Assembly: GCA_022703055.1 (NCBI GenBank)
Contig: JAKLEP010000001.1
Span: 154,850 to 218,849, forward strand
Direction of reading: 5' to 3'
DNA length: 64,000 nt
Source: Candidatus Omnitrophota bacterium
Lineage (GTDB): Bacteria > Omnitrophota > Gorgyraeia > VGKH01
Both the position numbers and the translations under genes were made by a program. Under the pieces are notes generated by a model that was not told the origin of the DNA, searched no databases, and saw only the letters and a program-made list of their open reading frames with translations. Position 1 is the first letter of the stretch. Each line of letters begins with the position of its first letter. Below are positions 35,215-44,676 of the stretch, piece after piece.

Positions 35215-35829
35215 ATGAAAAATAATAAACAGAGAGTACTTATTTTCTTGTTTGTTGTTGCAGCTATTTTTTTAGCGCGTTTTGCTTTTGCCCATTGTGA
35301 TACTATGGAAGGGCCGGTAGTTAAAGACGCAAAAATTGCCTTGGAGAAATCCGATATTACTCCGGTCCTAAAATGGGTAAAACCGGATCGCGAGGCAGAA
35401 GTTATTATTGCTTTTGAAAAGGCTTTGTCGGGAAGAAAAACGCAAGATAAAGAAAAATCAGATATGGGATTTTTTGAAACTTTAATCCGTATCCACCGAG
35501 AAGGTGAAGGCGCGGGTTTTGAAGGAATAAAGCCTGCGGGTAGCGAGGTTGAACCGGCGATAGTAGAAGCAGATAAAGCTTTGGAAGAGGGTAAGGCCGA
35601 TAATTTGATTAAATTAGTTACAGATGATGCTGCCGCCGGGATAAAACAACGTTTTGACAATGCCCTGGAGAAGAAAAAACACAAGGATGAAAGCGTTGAA
35701 CTAGGTCGGGAATTTGTCGAGGCCTACGTAGAATTTACGCATTATGTGGAAAGGCTGCATAAAGATATTTTAGGCGAGGTTTCGCATCATGGCGAACATC
35801 AAGAGGCAGAAAAAGAACATAAGGAATAA
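35215..35829 (+). CDS. Secreted hypothetical protein, mature N-terminus HCDTMEGPVV, His/Glu-rich C-terminus
   Basis: Signal peptide ..ARFAFA|HCDT. SD AAGGAG. C-terminus HHGEHQEAEKEHKE. Inserted between purM and purD. Confidence 0.6.
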   Translation: MKNNKQRVLIFLFVVAAIFLARFAFAHCDTMEGPVVKDAKIALEKSDITPVLKWVKPDREAEVIIAFEKALSGRKTQDKEKSDMGFFETLIRIHREGEGAGFEGIKPAGSEVEPAIVEADKALEEGKADNLIKLVTDDAAAGIKQRFDNALEKKKHKDESVELGREFVEAYVEFTHYVERLHKDILGEVSHHGEHQEAEKEHKE

Positions 35830-35839
35830 ATATTTAGTA

Positions 35840-35899
35840 AAATGAACCCCGCCTTTCCTAAAAAAGGCTGGGTTTATAAATGGAAGGAATAGCGGGGTG
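35840..35899 (+). promoter_or_regulatory. Structured leader (copy 2) that can sequester the purD SD and GTG start
   Basis: AAATGAACCCCGCCTTTCCTAAA...GCGGGGTGAA. The 5' arm (35845-35859) can pair with the proximal 35863-35874 or with the distal SD/start segment 35885-35897. Confidence 0.6.
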
Positions 35900-37171
35900 A
35901 AGATTTTAGTCATTGGTTCAGGCGGCAGGGAACATGCTTTGGTTTGGAAGATTGCGCAATCAAAGCTAGTTGATAAGATTTTTTGCGCGCCGGGTAACGG
36001 CGGTATCGCCGAAATAGCAGAGTGCGTGAATATCAAGGTTGATGATATCGCTGGGCTTTTGAAATTCGCTATCGAGAAAAAAATCGATCTTACTGTGGTC
36101 GGGCCAGAGATACCATTGGTAGCGGGCATTGTGGATAAATTCCAGGCTAAAGGACTAAAGATTTTCGGCCCTAATAAATTCGCCGCACAATTGGAAGGCA
36201 GTAAGGTTTTTGCCAAAGAATTTATGGTAAGGAATAATATCCCTACGGCAAAATTCAAGTCTTTTGACGACAGCTTAAATGCCAAGGATTATATCGATGA
36301 AGTCGGTGCCCCATTAGTTGTAAAGGCCGAAGGCCTGGCTTCCGGCAAGGGCGTAATAATTTGCTCAAGCGAAACCGAAGCGGAAAGTGCCATAGATTTA
36401 ATCATGGAAGAAAAGGTTTTTAAAGAAGCGGGAAACCGGGTAGTCATCGAAGAATATCTTGAAGGCGAAGAGGCATCGATTTTAGCGATTTCCGACGGAG
36501 AAAATTTCGTGGTTTTGGAATCATCGCAGGACCATAAAAGGATTTTTGATAATGACCAAGGCCCTAATACCGGAGGGATGGGCGCATATTCGCCGGCGCC
36601 GGTTGTCTCGGAAAATTTAAAGCAAGAAATCGCTCAAGAAATCCTAAAACCGGTAATTGACGGCATGAAGAAAGAGGGCCATGAATTTCGCGGCGTTCTT
36701 TACGCGGGACTAATGATTACCAAGGAAGGCCCCAAGGTTTTGGAATTCAATGTCCGCTTCGGCGACCCCGAAACCCAGGCGATTTTGCCGCGTTTAAAAT
36801 CAGATTTAGTGGAAATAATTTTTGCAGCTTTAGATGGAAAATTAGCCGATTTTAAGTTAGAATGGGATAGTCGTCCATGCGTCTGCGTGGTTATGGCAGC
36901 AGGTGGATATCCGGGCGATTACGAGAAGAATAAGCTCATTTCAGGGTTAGATAAAGCCAAAGAATTAAAAGATATCGTGGTTTTTCACGCCGGAACTAAA
37001 CGCGAAAACGGTAAAATCCTTACTTCCGGCGGAAGAGTTTTAGGTGTTACCGGTTTGGGAAACGGCATAACAGACGCGATTGACAAGACATACCAGGCGG
37101 TAGCTAAGATTAGTTTCGAAAAAGCGCATTTCCGCAAAGATATCGGGGCAAAAGCCATCAGGAGGATGTAG
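35897..37171 (+). CDS. purD: Phosphoribosylamine-glycine ligase
   Basis: GTG start. MKILVIGSGGREHAL N-terminus and ATP-grasp body. Confidence 0.92.
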   Translation: MKILVIGSGGREHALVWKIAQSKLVDKIFCAPGNGGIAEIAECVNIKVDDIAGLLKFAIEKKIDLTVVGPEIPLVAGIVDKFQAKGLKIFGPNKFAAQLEGSKVFAKEFMVRNNIPTAKFKSFDDSLNAKDYIDEVGAPLVVKAEGLASGKGVIICSSETEAESAIDLIMEEKVFKEAGNRVVIEEYLEGEEASILAISDGENFVVLESSQDHKRIFDNDQGPNTGGMGAYSPAPVVSENLKQEIAQEILKPVIDGMKKEGHEFRGVLYAGLMITKEGPKVLEFNVRFGDPETQAILPRLKSDLVEIIFAALDGKLADFKLEWDSRPCVCVVMAAGGYPGDYEKNKLISGLDKAKELKDIVVFHAGTKRENGKILTSGGRVLGVTGLGNGITDAIDKTYQAVAKISFEKAHFRKDIGAKAIRRM

Positions 37172-37173
37172 TA

Positions 37174-37659
37174 ATGAAGAAAAAAATCGCGATAATCATG
37201 GGCAGCGAATCTGATCTGCCGATAGTTGAAGAGGCCTTGAAGATTTTAAAGGATTTCTCTGTCGGATATGATGTTAAGGTTTTATCCGCGCATCGCACTC
37301 CTGATCTGACCAGCCAATATGCTAAGCGCGCTGAATCAAATGGCATAGAGGTTATTATCGCCGCAGCCGGTATGGCCGCAGCCTTGCCGGGAGTAATTGC
37401 ATCTCATACCAATATTCCCGTTATAGGTATTCCGATTGAAACCAAAACTTTCAAAGGCGTTGATTCGCTTCTTTCCATAGTCCAGATGCCCGGGGGGATT
37501 CCGGTAGCGACGATGTCAGTGGGTAAATCCGGAGCCAAAAACGCAGCCATTTTTGCATTGGAGATATTGGCTTTGAAAGACAAAAATATAAAAAGAAAAT
37601 TAGTGAATTTTAGAAAAAAACAGATTTCAGCAATTAAAAAGATAAAGGTAAAAATTTGA
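37174..37659 (+). CDS. purE: N5-carboxyaminoimidazole ribonucleotide mutase
   Basis: IIMGSESDLPIV and AAGMAAALPGVIAS motifs. Confidence 0.9.
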   Translation: MKKKIAIIMGSESDLPIVEEALKILKDFSVGYDVKVLSAHRTPDLTSQYAKRAESNGIEVIIAAAGMAAALPGVIASHTNIPVIGIPIETKTFKGVDSLLSIVQMPGGIPVATMSVGKSGAKNAAIFALEILALKDKNIKRKLVNFRKKQISAIKKIKVKI

Positions 37660-38717
37660 TTAATACCGAAGTTATCAAGCTTGACCCGGAGAATCCGGAT
37701 AGAAGCAAAATCCAGAAAGCAGCCGTTATCTTAAGGAAAGGCGGGCTAGTGGCATTTCCTACTGAGACGGTTTATGGGCTGGCCGCCAGTCTTACCAACC
37801 AAAAGAGTATCGACAGGCTCATGGAAGTTAAAAACCGTCCGGCGGAGAAGCTTTTTACCATTCATATCGCGGATAAAGATAAAGTCGAAGAGTTCGCCAA
37901 GGATATTTCACTTGAGGCGTATAAATTGATCGATAAATTCTGGCCCGGGCCTTTGACATTGGTTTTTAAATCCAAGAAGAATAATAACCAGACCGTGGGA
38001 ATGCGCATGCCCAGCAATAGAATCGCCCATGAACTGATAAATATTACAGCCGTGCCCATTGTTGCGCCTTCGGCAAATATATCCGGCGATAATCCTGCTA
38101 CAACTATTGAAGAGGTCCTATCAGGTCTTGATGGCAAAATTGATATGGCCTTAGACGGAGGCAAGACTTCTTTAGGCGTTAGCTCGACGGTGGTGGATGT
38201 TACGTTGGAGAAGCCGCAGATAAAAAGGGAAGGCGCCATAAAGAAGGCGGACATAGATAAGGCGCTACGCACCAAGAATATTCTTTTTGTCTGTACGGGA
38301 AACAGCTGCCGTTCGGTCATGGCTATGGAATTATTAAAGAAGAAAATGGCTAAAAGAGAAGACGTTAATATTTCTGCCGCCGGCCTGGCGGTTTTACCGG
38401 GGATGGGGGCGAGCTTTGAGACGCGTAGGCTGCTTGAGGCAGAAGGCATAGATGTTTCCAAACATCGGGCAAGGCCATTGACGGCGGAAATAGCCAAAAG
38501 GGCAGACTTGATTCTGGTCATGCAGAAGGCCCATGAGCAGAAGATTTTGCGCGAATACCCATTTGTAAAAAATAGGTTATATCTTTTGAAGGAATTTGCT
38601 AAAATAGATGATGGCGATTTGGATATTTACGATCCGATTGGCAAATCCGAAGAGTATTACAAGGCCATCTTTGAATTAATAAGGCAGGCCGTAGACAGGG
38701 TTTCTCAATTAATATAA
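37656..38717 (+). CDS. Fusion: threonylcarbamoyl-AMP synthase (TsaC/YwlC, Sua5-YrdC domain) + low-MW phosphatase (YwlE-like)
   Basis: GGLVAFPTETVYGL and PSAN motifs in the N-terminal half. LFVCTGNSCRS CX5R(S) P-loop in the C-terminal half. TTG start overlaps the purE stop. Confidence 0.82.
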   Translation: MINTEVIKLDPENPDRSKIQKAAVILRKGGLVAFPTETVYGLAASLTNQKSIDRLMEVKNRPAEKLFTIHIADKDKVEEFAKDISLEAYKLIDKFWPGPLTLVFKSKKNNNQTVGMRMPSNRIAHELINITAVPIVAPSANISGDNPATTIEEVLSGLDGKIDMALDGGKTSLGVSSTVVDVTLEKPQIKREGAIKKADIDKALRTKNILFVCTGNSCRSVMAMELLKKKMAKREDVNISAAGLAVLPGMGASFETRRLLEAEGIDVSKHRARPLTAEIAKRADLILVMQKAHEQKILREYPFVKNRLYLLKEFAKIDDGDLDIYDPIGKSEEYYKAIFELIRQAVDRVSQLI

Positions 38718-38719
38718 TC

Positions 38720-39181
38720 ATGAAGAAAGTCTCAAAAAAAATAATTTTTGTCGGTTCTGATCACCGGGGATTTAATCTAAAATCCGGAATAATTAATTTC
38801 CTGGTAGCCAAGGGTTATAAGGTTTTTGATAAGGGAACTTATTCTAAGGATTCTTGCGATTATCCCAAGATTGCCTACGAAGTAGCGAGGGCAGTCGCGC
38901 GCAATAAGAAATCAGCTGGGATTTTAATCTGCAAGACCGGCATCGGAAATGCGATTGTCGCCAATAAAGTAAAAGGTGTGCGCGCCGCCCTTTGCTATAA
39001 CATTATGGCGGCGCGCCTTTCCCGCCAGCACAATGATGCCAATGTCTTGGTTCTGGGCTCGGATTTCATCAATAAAAAGAGCCTTAAGACTTTGATAACG
39101 GTTTGGCTTTCTACCGAGTTCGAGGGCGGTAGGCACAAGCGCAGGGTAAACCAAATATCCGCAATAGAAAAGAAGTCTTAA
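38720..39181 (+). CDS. rpiB: Ribose-5-phosphate isomerase B
   Basis: VGSDHRGF..K and CKTGIGNAIVANK motifs. About 150 aa. Confidence 0.88.
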   Translation: MKKVSKKIIFVGSDHRGFNLKSGIINFLVAKGYKVFDKGTYSKDSCDYPKIAYEVARAVARNKKSAGILICKTGIGNAIVANKVKGVRAALCYNIMAARLSRQHNDANVLVLGSDFINKKSLKTLITVWLSTEFEGGRHKRRVNQISAIEKKS

Positions 39182-39207
39182 AATAATCTTTAGGGGGTTT
39201 TTGTTTG

Positions 39208-40452
39208 ATGGAACATCTTAAGAAAACAGACAAGCAGGTCTACGATATCATTGTAGAGGAAATAGAGAGGCAAAAGCAAAATATCGAGCTTATCGCCTCG
39301 GAGAATTTTGCATCCTTATCGGTTTTGGAAGCACAGGGTTCGGTCCTTACCAATAAATATGCCGAAGGTTATCCTCATGCACGCTGGTACGGTGGTTGCG
39401 AAGTTGTCGATGAGGTTGAAAGCCTAGCTAAAGAGCGGGCAAAAAAGATTTTTGGCTCAGACCATGTAAACGTCCAGCCGCATTCCGGCTCCCAGGCCAA
39501 CATGGCGGTTTATTTTGCCGCGCTTAATTTAGGGGATACCGTTTTGGCAATGGATTTGGCCTGCGGAGGGCATCTCACTCACGGCCATCCGCATAATTTC
39601 TCGGGTAAATTTTATAAGATTGTCACCTACGGAGTCAATCGTAAAACCGAGATGTTGGATTATGACGAGATTGCTAGTTTAGCCAAGACGCATAAACCTA
39701 AAATGATTTTGGCTGGCGCCTGCGCATATCCCAGAATTATTGATTTTAGGAAATTTCGCGAGATTGCCGACAGCGTCGGGGCGTATCTTTTTGTGGATAT
39801 GGCCCATATCGCCGGATTGATTGCCACAGGTTTGCATCCGTCGCCTATTCCTTACGCAGAATTCGTCACCACCACGACGCATAAGACATTACGCGGCCCG
39901 CGCGCGGGAATGATTTTCTGCAAAAAGGAATTCGCTAAAAAGATTGATGCTGAGGTTTTTCCTGGTATTCAAGGAGGACCATTGATGCACGTTATCGCCG
40001 CCAAAGCCGTTGCTTTAGGCGAGGCATTAAGGCCGGAATTCAAAATTTACCAACAGCAGATTGTAAATAATGCCAATGCATTGGCGGACGCTATGAAAAA
40101 TAAAGGATACCGGATTGTCTCCGGCGGAACAGATAATCATCTTATGTTGGTTGACGTGACTTCCAAAGGGGTTGACGGAAAGCTTGCTGCAACTACCTTG
40201 GACAAAGCCCGCATCACCGTAAATAAGAATTTAATTCCTTTCGATAAAATGCCTCCTGCGGTGACCAGCGGCATACGGCTAGGAACTCCGGCAGTAACCA
40301 CCAGAGGCATGAAAGAAAAAGAAATGAAATTGATTGCCGAGTTAATCGACAGGATAATATCAAACCATAGCGACGAGAAAATTATAAAACAGGTTGCCGG
40401 AGAAGTCACCAAACTTATAAAAAAGTTTCCTTTGTATAAGGATATCAGTTAG
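39208..40452 (+). CDS. glyA: Serine hydroxymethyltransferase
   Basis: ELIASENF, and [12 protein letters not shown] with the PLP lysine. The ATG at 39208 is preferred over the listed TTG at 39205. Confidence 0.93.
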   Translation: MEHLKKTDKQVYDIIVEEIERQKQNIELIASENFASLSVLEAQGSVLTNKYAEGYPHARWYGGCEVVDEVESLAKERAKKIFGSDHVNVQPHSGSQANMAVYFAALNLGDTVLAMDLACGGHLTHGHPHNFSGKFYKIVTYGVNRKTEMLDYDEIASLAKTHKPKMILAGACAYPRIIDFRKFREIADSVGAYLFVDMAHIAGLIATGLHPSPIPYAEFVTTTTHKTLRGPRAGMIFCKKEFAKKIDAEVFPGIQGGPLMHVIAAKAVALGEALRPEFKIYQQQIVNNANALADAMKNKGYRIVSGGTDNHLMLVDVTSKGVDGKLAATTLDKARITVNKNLIPFDKMPPAVTSGIRLGTPAVTTRGMKEKEMKLIAELIDRIISNHSDEKIIKQVAGEVTKLIKKFPLYKDIS

Positions 40453-40460
40453 GGCAAAAT

Positions 40461-40922
40461 ATGAAGACAAAACACGTTCGTCCCAGCTGGGATGAATATT
40501 TCTTAGAAGTCGCTGAGCTTGTTTCAAAACGCGCGACCTGCCTTAGGCGCCATGTCGGAGCTGTGCTAGTTAAAGATAAAAGGATTCTAGCCACAGGATA
40601 CAACGGTGCTCCTTCGGGCATCAAACATTGCTTGGATGATGGGGATTGCCTTAGAGTAAAATTAGGTATTCCTTCCGGACAACGCCATGAGCTCTGCCGA
40701 GGCCTGCACGCCGAGCAAAATGTCTTGATTCAAGCGGCACTACACGGCATCAGCACCAAAGACAGCATCCTTTATCTTACCAACCAGCCCTGTATTATCT
40801 GTGCAAAAATGTTGATTAATGCCGGGATCAAGGAGATTGTCATCAGCGACGGCTATCCCGATGAGATGTCGCGCAGTTTATTAAAAGAGGCCAAGATAAT
40901 CTTGAGAAAACCCAAGAAATGA
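40461..40922 (+). CDS. dCMP deaminase (ComEB-like)
   Basis: Zinc motifs HAEQN and [14 protein letters not shown]. Confidence 0.85.
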   Translation: MKTKHVRPSWDEYFLEVAELVSKRATCLRRHVGAVLVKDKRILATGYNGAPSGIKHCLDDGDCLRVKLGIPSGQRHELCRGLHAEQNVLIQAALHGISTKDSILYLTNQPCIICAKMLINAGIKEIVISDGYPDEMSRSLLKEAKIILRKPKK

Positions 40923-41377
40923 AATGCCCTTTTTGTGGGAATAAAAATAATAAAGTTGTCGATTCAAGAGAGAGCCTGGAAGGCGCATCCATCAGGCGAA
41001 GACGTGAATGCCTGAAATGTAAAAGAAGATTCACTACTTATGAACATGTCGAAGAGATGCCTTTAATGGTGATTAAAAAGGATGGCCGCAGGGAACCGTA
41101 CGATAGAAAGAAGATTTCCTCCGGTTTAATCAAAGCCTTTGAGAAACGGCCTATCAGCATGGAAAAGATAGAGGAAATCGTCGAGAATATCGAAAGACAG
41201 GTTATGCGCAAGTTCGATAAAGAAGTGCCTTCTCAAGATATCGGTGAGTTCGTTATGGAGAAACTTGCCAAGCTTGATGAGATTGCCTATGTCAGGTTCG
41301 CATCGGTTTACCGGCAGTTTAAAGATGTCAGCCAGTTCATGAAAGAGTTAAAAATTATTCTGGATAAGCAGGGTTAA
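40919..41377 (+). CDS. nrdR: Transcriptional repressor NrdR
   Basis: MKCPFCG...VVDSR...[15 protein letters not shown] zinc ribbon plus an ATP-cone. Confidence 0.92.
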   Translation: MKCPFCGNKNNKVVDSRESLEGASIRRRRECLKCKRRFTTYEHVEEMPLMVIKKDGRREPYDRKKISSGLIKAFEKRPISMEKIEEIVENIERQVMRKFDKEVPSQDIGEFVMEKLAKLDEIAYVRFASVYRQFKDVSQFMKELKIILDKQG

Positions 41378-41388
41378 AAGGGAATACT

Positions 41389-41796
41389 ATGGTTGAGATG
41401 GAGCTAAATAAGATTATTATTGATGAAAAAAGACATGACCAGGTGATTGTCTTAAGGGAGAAGGGCGGCAACCGCCGGCTTCCCATAATCATCGGGTTCT
41501 TAGAGGCTTCAAGCATCAAAATGAAGGTAAGCGGGATGCAACCGCCCCGGCCATTAACCCACGATTTATTAAAATCGGTGATAGAAAATCTTGACGGAAA
41601 ATTAGAAAAAGTGGTGGTCGATAAATTACAGGATAATACTTTTCATGCCAAGCTTCTAATAAAACAGGATGGCAAGATAAAAACGGTAGATGCCCGTCCC
41701 TCCGACAGTATCGCCTTAGCAGTCAGAACCAAGACTCCTATCTTTGTGGAAGAAGAGGTCTTAGAGAAGGCCTCGTCTTTAAAAGAAGAGTTATGA
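41389..41796 (+). CDS. Bifunctional nuclease family protein (DUF151/BFN)
   Basis: RPLTHDLL, F.AKL and DARPSDSIALAVR motifs. Confidence 0.8.
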   Translation: MVEMELNKIIIDEKRHDQVIVLREKGGNRRLPIIIGFLEASSIKMKVSGMQPPRPLTHDLLKSVIENLDGKLEKVVVDKLQDNTFHAKLLIKQDGKIKTVDARPSDSIALAVRTKTPIFVEEEVLEKASSLKEEL

Positions 41797-42260
41797 AAAT
41801 CGGTTTAATTTCTGATACGCACGATAATCTAGAAAAAATAAAAAAGGCAGTTAAGCTTTTTAATTCGAAAAAAGTGGAGCTCGTACTTCACGCCGGAGAT
41901 TTTGTCGCCCCCTTCACAATCAATTATTTGGATAGGCTAAATTGCCAATATCTAGGCGTATTCGGCAATAACGACGGAGAAAAACAAGGCTTAACCAAGA
42001 AATCCGGCGGCAAAATCAAAGAAGGGCCAATAGAATTGGCTTTGGGAAATTTAAAGATTGCTCTAGTCCATGATATTAATACTTTGGCTTCCGGGGATTT
42101 TGATATTGTTGTTTTTGGCCATAGCCATAAAAAAGAATTGAAAAAAGAAGGCAAGACTTTGTTTGTGAATCCCGGAGAGTGCGGAGGTTGGCTTACCGGA
42201 AAATCTACCGTCGCAATCTTGGATACCGATAAATTATCGGTTAAATTCTTTAATATTTAA
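41793..42260 (+). CDS. YfcE/MJ0936-family metallophosphoesterase
   Basis: ISDTHDN, HAGD, GNND and GHSH metal-ligand motifs in the canonical order. Confidence 0.82.
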   Translation: MKIGLISDTHDNLEKIKKAVKLFNSKKVELVLHAGDFVAPFTINYLDRLNCQYLGVFGNNDGEKQGLTKKSGGKIKEGPIELALGNLKIALVHDINTLASGDFDIVVFGHSHKKELKKEGKTLFVNPGECGGWLTGKSTVAILDTDKLSVKFFNI

Positions 42261-42278
42261 TAAACGCAAAATGCGCAT

Positions 42279-43730
42279 ATGGATCCTCTCGTCAATAAAC
42301 TACTCAATAATCCTTTCTTAAGAATAATTCAGAAAAAATCCAAGAAACACAAAATTCCTATTTTTCTTGTCGGTGGTTACTTGCGCGATTTGATCTTAGG
42401 AAGAGAAAAAAGCGAATTTGACCTTGATTTTACTCTGAAAAAATACTCTATAAAGATCGCTAAAGAAATTGCCAGGGAGCTCAAAGCGGGTTTTGTAATT
42501 TTGGATAAAGAACGCGGCTGCGCCCGGGTAGTTTATAATAAAAATGGCAAGGTATTTACCTTAGATTTTGCCGATTTTCGTGATAAGAACCTGGAAAGAG
42601 ACCTTTTGCTTCGCGATTTTACCATCAATTCCTTGGCAGCGGACGTAAATAATATAAGCGTAAAGAAAAATTTGCGCCAGATTATAATTGATCCCTATCA
42701 GGGCATTATAGATTTGAAAAAAGGCGTAATCAAGATGACTTCCAAGGATAGTTTTAAGGATGATCCTTTGAGGATCGTGCGCGCTTTTAGCCTGGCAGGG
42801 ATTTTGGATTTTAAACTTGAGCCCCAGACACTTAACAAAATCAAAAAAGAAAAAGATAAAATCCCAACGGTTGCATACGAGAGAATCCGCGATGAATTCT
42901 TTAAGGTTTTAGAGCTGGATAATTCGATCAAGCACTTAAAACTTATGGACAAAAACCGCGTATTGGAGAAAATTATTCCTCATATCAATGTCATGCGCAA
43001 TGTAAAGCAGGGCGGTTATCATCATCTGGATGTTTGGAATCATACCCTAGAGACAGTTTTGCAGCTTGAGAGAATATTCGAGGAATCACAGGACAGCCCC
43101 GACATTAAAAATTATCTTAATGAGGATATCGTTTTGAAACGTTCAAGAAAATCACTTATGAAATTGGGCGCTCTTCTGCATGACATCGGAAAACCCAAAG
43201 CCAAAATGCAAAAAGACGGCAAAACTTTATTTTACGGTCATGAAAGGATCGGAAAAGAAATCACCGAGAATATCGCCGGCCTTTTAAAACTTTCCACCAA
43301 AGAAAAAGATGCCTTGGAGAAGATGATTTTCTGGCATCTTCGTCCTGGATATCTGGCCGAAACCAAGATGCCCACAGAAAGAGCGATATTCAGATATTTT
43401 CGTGATACCGCAGATGAGGGCGTAAGTATTTTGCTTCTATCCTTGGCTGACCAGCGCGCCACAAGAGGTCCTTTGACCGATCCGATTCAGAGAAGGCGCC
43501 ATGAGAAATTAATCAAAGAATTAGTTCAGCGTTATTTTGATAAACTAAAAGAGAAGCCTTTTGTAAGATTAATCGACGGAAACGATTTGATTAAGAAGTT
43601 AAGGCTTAAGCCATCGCCGGATTTTAGCAAAATACTGCGCGAAGTCGAGGAGGCGCAGGCTGAAGGTTCAATCAAAACTAAAAATCAAGCATTAGAATTG
43701 GCTAAGAAAATCGCAAGGAAGTTAAAATGA
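42279..43730 (+). CDS. cca: CCA-adding enzyme / poly(A) polymerase family protein with HD domain
   Basis: [15 protein letters not shown] nucleotidyltransferase motif. RDFTIN. HD region HH..V..H...LLHDIGK. Confidence 0.8.
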   Translation: MDPLVNKLLNNPFLRIIQKKSKKHKIPIFLVGGYLRDLILGREKSEFDLDFTLKKYSIKIAKEIARELKAGFVILDKERGCARVVYNKNGKVFTLDFADFRDKNLERDLLLRDFTINSLAADVNNISVKKNLRQIIIDPYQGIIDLKKGVIKMTSKDSFKDDPLRIVRAFSLAGILDFKLEPQTLNKIKKEKDKIPTVAYERIRDEFFKVLELDNSIKHLKLMDKNRVLEKIIPHINVMRNVKQGGYHHLDVWNHTLETVLQLERIFEESQDSPDIKNYLNEDIVLKRSRKSLMKLGALLHDIGKPKAKMQKDGKTLFYGHERIGKEITENIAGLLKLSTKEKDALEKMIFWHLRPGYLAETKMPTERAIFRYFRDTADEGVSILLLSLADQRATRGPLTDPIQRRRHEKLIKELVQRYFDKLKEKPFVRLIDGNDLIKKLRLKPSPDFSKILREVEEAQAEGSIKTKNQALELAKKIARKLK

Positions 43731-44659
43731 AAATTAAAGATACCGAGATAAAAATTATTAAAGCTGATATCACCGAACTAGAAGTTGATGCGATTGTAAA
43801 TGCCGCTAACAATAAGTTGGTTATGGGAGGAGGAGTAGCTGGTGCAATCCGCAAGAGAGGTGGCAAATCAATTGAAGATGAGGCGGTAAAGAAGGGGCCG
43901 ATAAAAATCGGCGAGGCGATTGAAACTGGCGCGGGTTCATTAAAGGCTAAATATGTCATTCATGCAGCAACAATGGGTATGGATTTCGCCACCGATGAAA
44001 TAAAAATCCGTCAGTCTTGCGCAAATTCTTTAAAGGTTGCCGAGAAACTGAGGATTAAATCTATTGTGTTTCCAGCTTTGGGCTGCGGCGTGGGAAATTT
44101 TCCACTTGTCGCCGCAGCAAAAATTATGTCACAGGAAGTCTTGAAGCATTTGCGCGAAAACAAATCGGGATTAAAAGAAGTTATCTTTTGCCTTTATGAT
44201 GATCAGGCTTATCAAGTGTTTGAAAAAAATGTCTTTGGATATCTTGAATATATTCAGCATAAACTATCCCTGGGTCCTTTTACGACGGTAGATGCGATTA
44301 TTGAGTTAGCCGAAGGAATTATACTTATCGAAAGATCCAACCCGCCTTTTGGCTGGGCTCTTCCCGGCGGATTTGTGGATTACGGCGAAAGCCTGGAAGA
44401 TGCTGTAAAGCGTGAGGCTAAAGAGGAAACCAATATGGATTTGGTTGAAATTCATCAATTCCATACTTATTCTGATCCGGAACGCGACCCGCGTTTTCAT
44501 ACCATCGGCACGGTTTTTATAGCTAAAGCCAAAGGTAGCCCCAGGGCCGGCGACGATGCCCAGGGCTTAAAGATTGTAAAATACGAGGATTTATTGAAGC
44601 TTGATTACGCCTTTGACCATAAAAAGATAATCCAGGATTATCTCCAGTCCAGAAAATAA
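43727..44659 (+). CDS. Fusion: macro domain + Nudix hydrolase
   Basis: Macro: [26 protein letters not shown]. Nudix box: [23 protein letters not shown]. Confidence 0.82.
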   Translation: MKIKDTEIKIIKADITELEVDAIVNAANNKLVMGGGVAGAIRKRGGKSIEDEAVKKGPIKIGEAIETGAGSLKAKYVIHAATMGMDFATDEIKIRQSCANSLKVAEKLRIKSIVFPALGCGVGNFPLVAAAKIMSQEVLKHLRENKSGLKEVIFCLYDDQAYQVFEKNVFGYLEYIQHKLSLGPFTTVDAIIELAEGIILIERSNPPFGWALPGGFVDYGESLEDAVKREAKEETNMDLVEIHQFHTYSDPERDPRFHTIGTVFIAKAKGSPRAGDDAQGLKIVKYEDLLKLDYAFDHKKIIQDYLQSRK

Positions 44660-44676
44660 TACTTCGCCTAAATAAA

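Noticed and set aside
37862-38521. 219-aa minus-strand ORF. Similar long antisense ORFs occur at 35770-36285, 35196-35684, 8250-8648, 54278-54679 and 29058-29453.
   Set aside because: Each lies entirely antisense to a + strand gene with strong family motifs (tsaC-ywlE, purD, the secreted protein, rnfE, the acyltransferase fusion, purL). Their translations are low-complexity (S/A/L/P/I-rich), and they lack SD sequences and recognisable motifs. This is typical of shadow ORFs.
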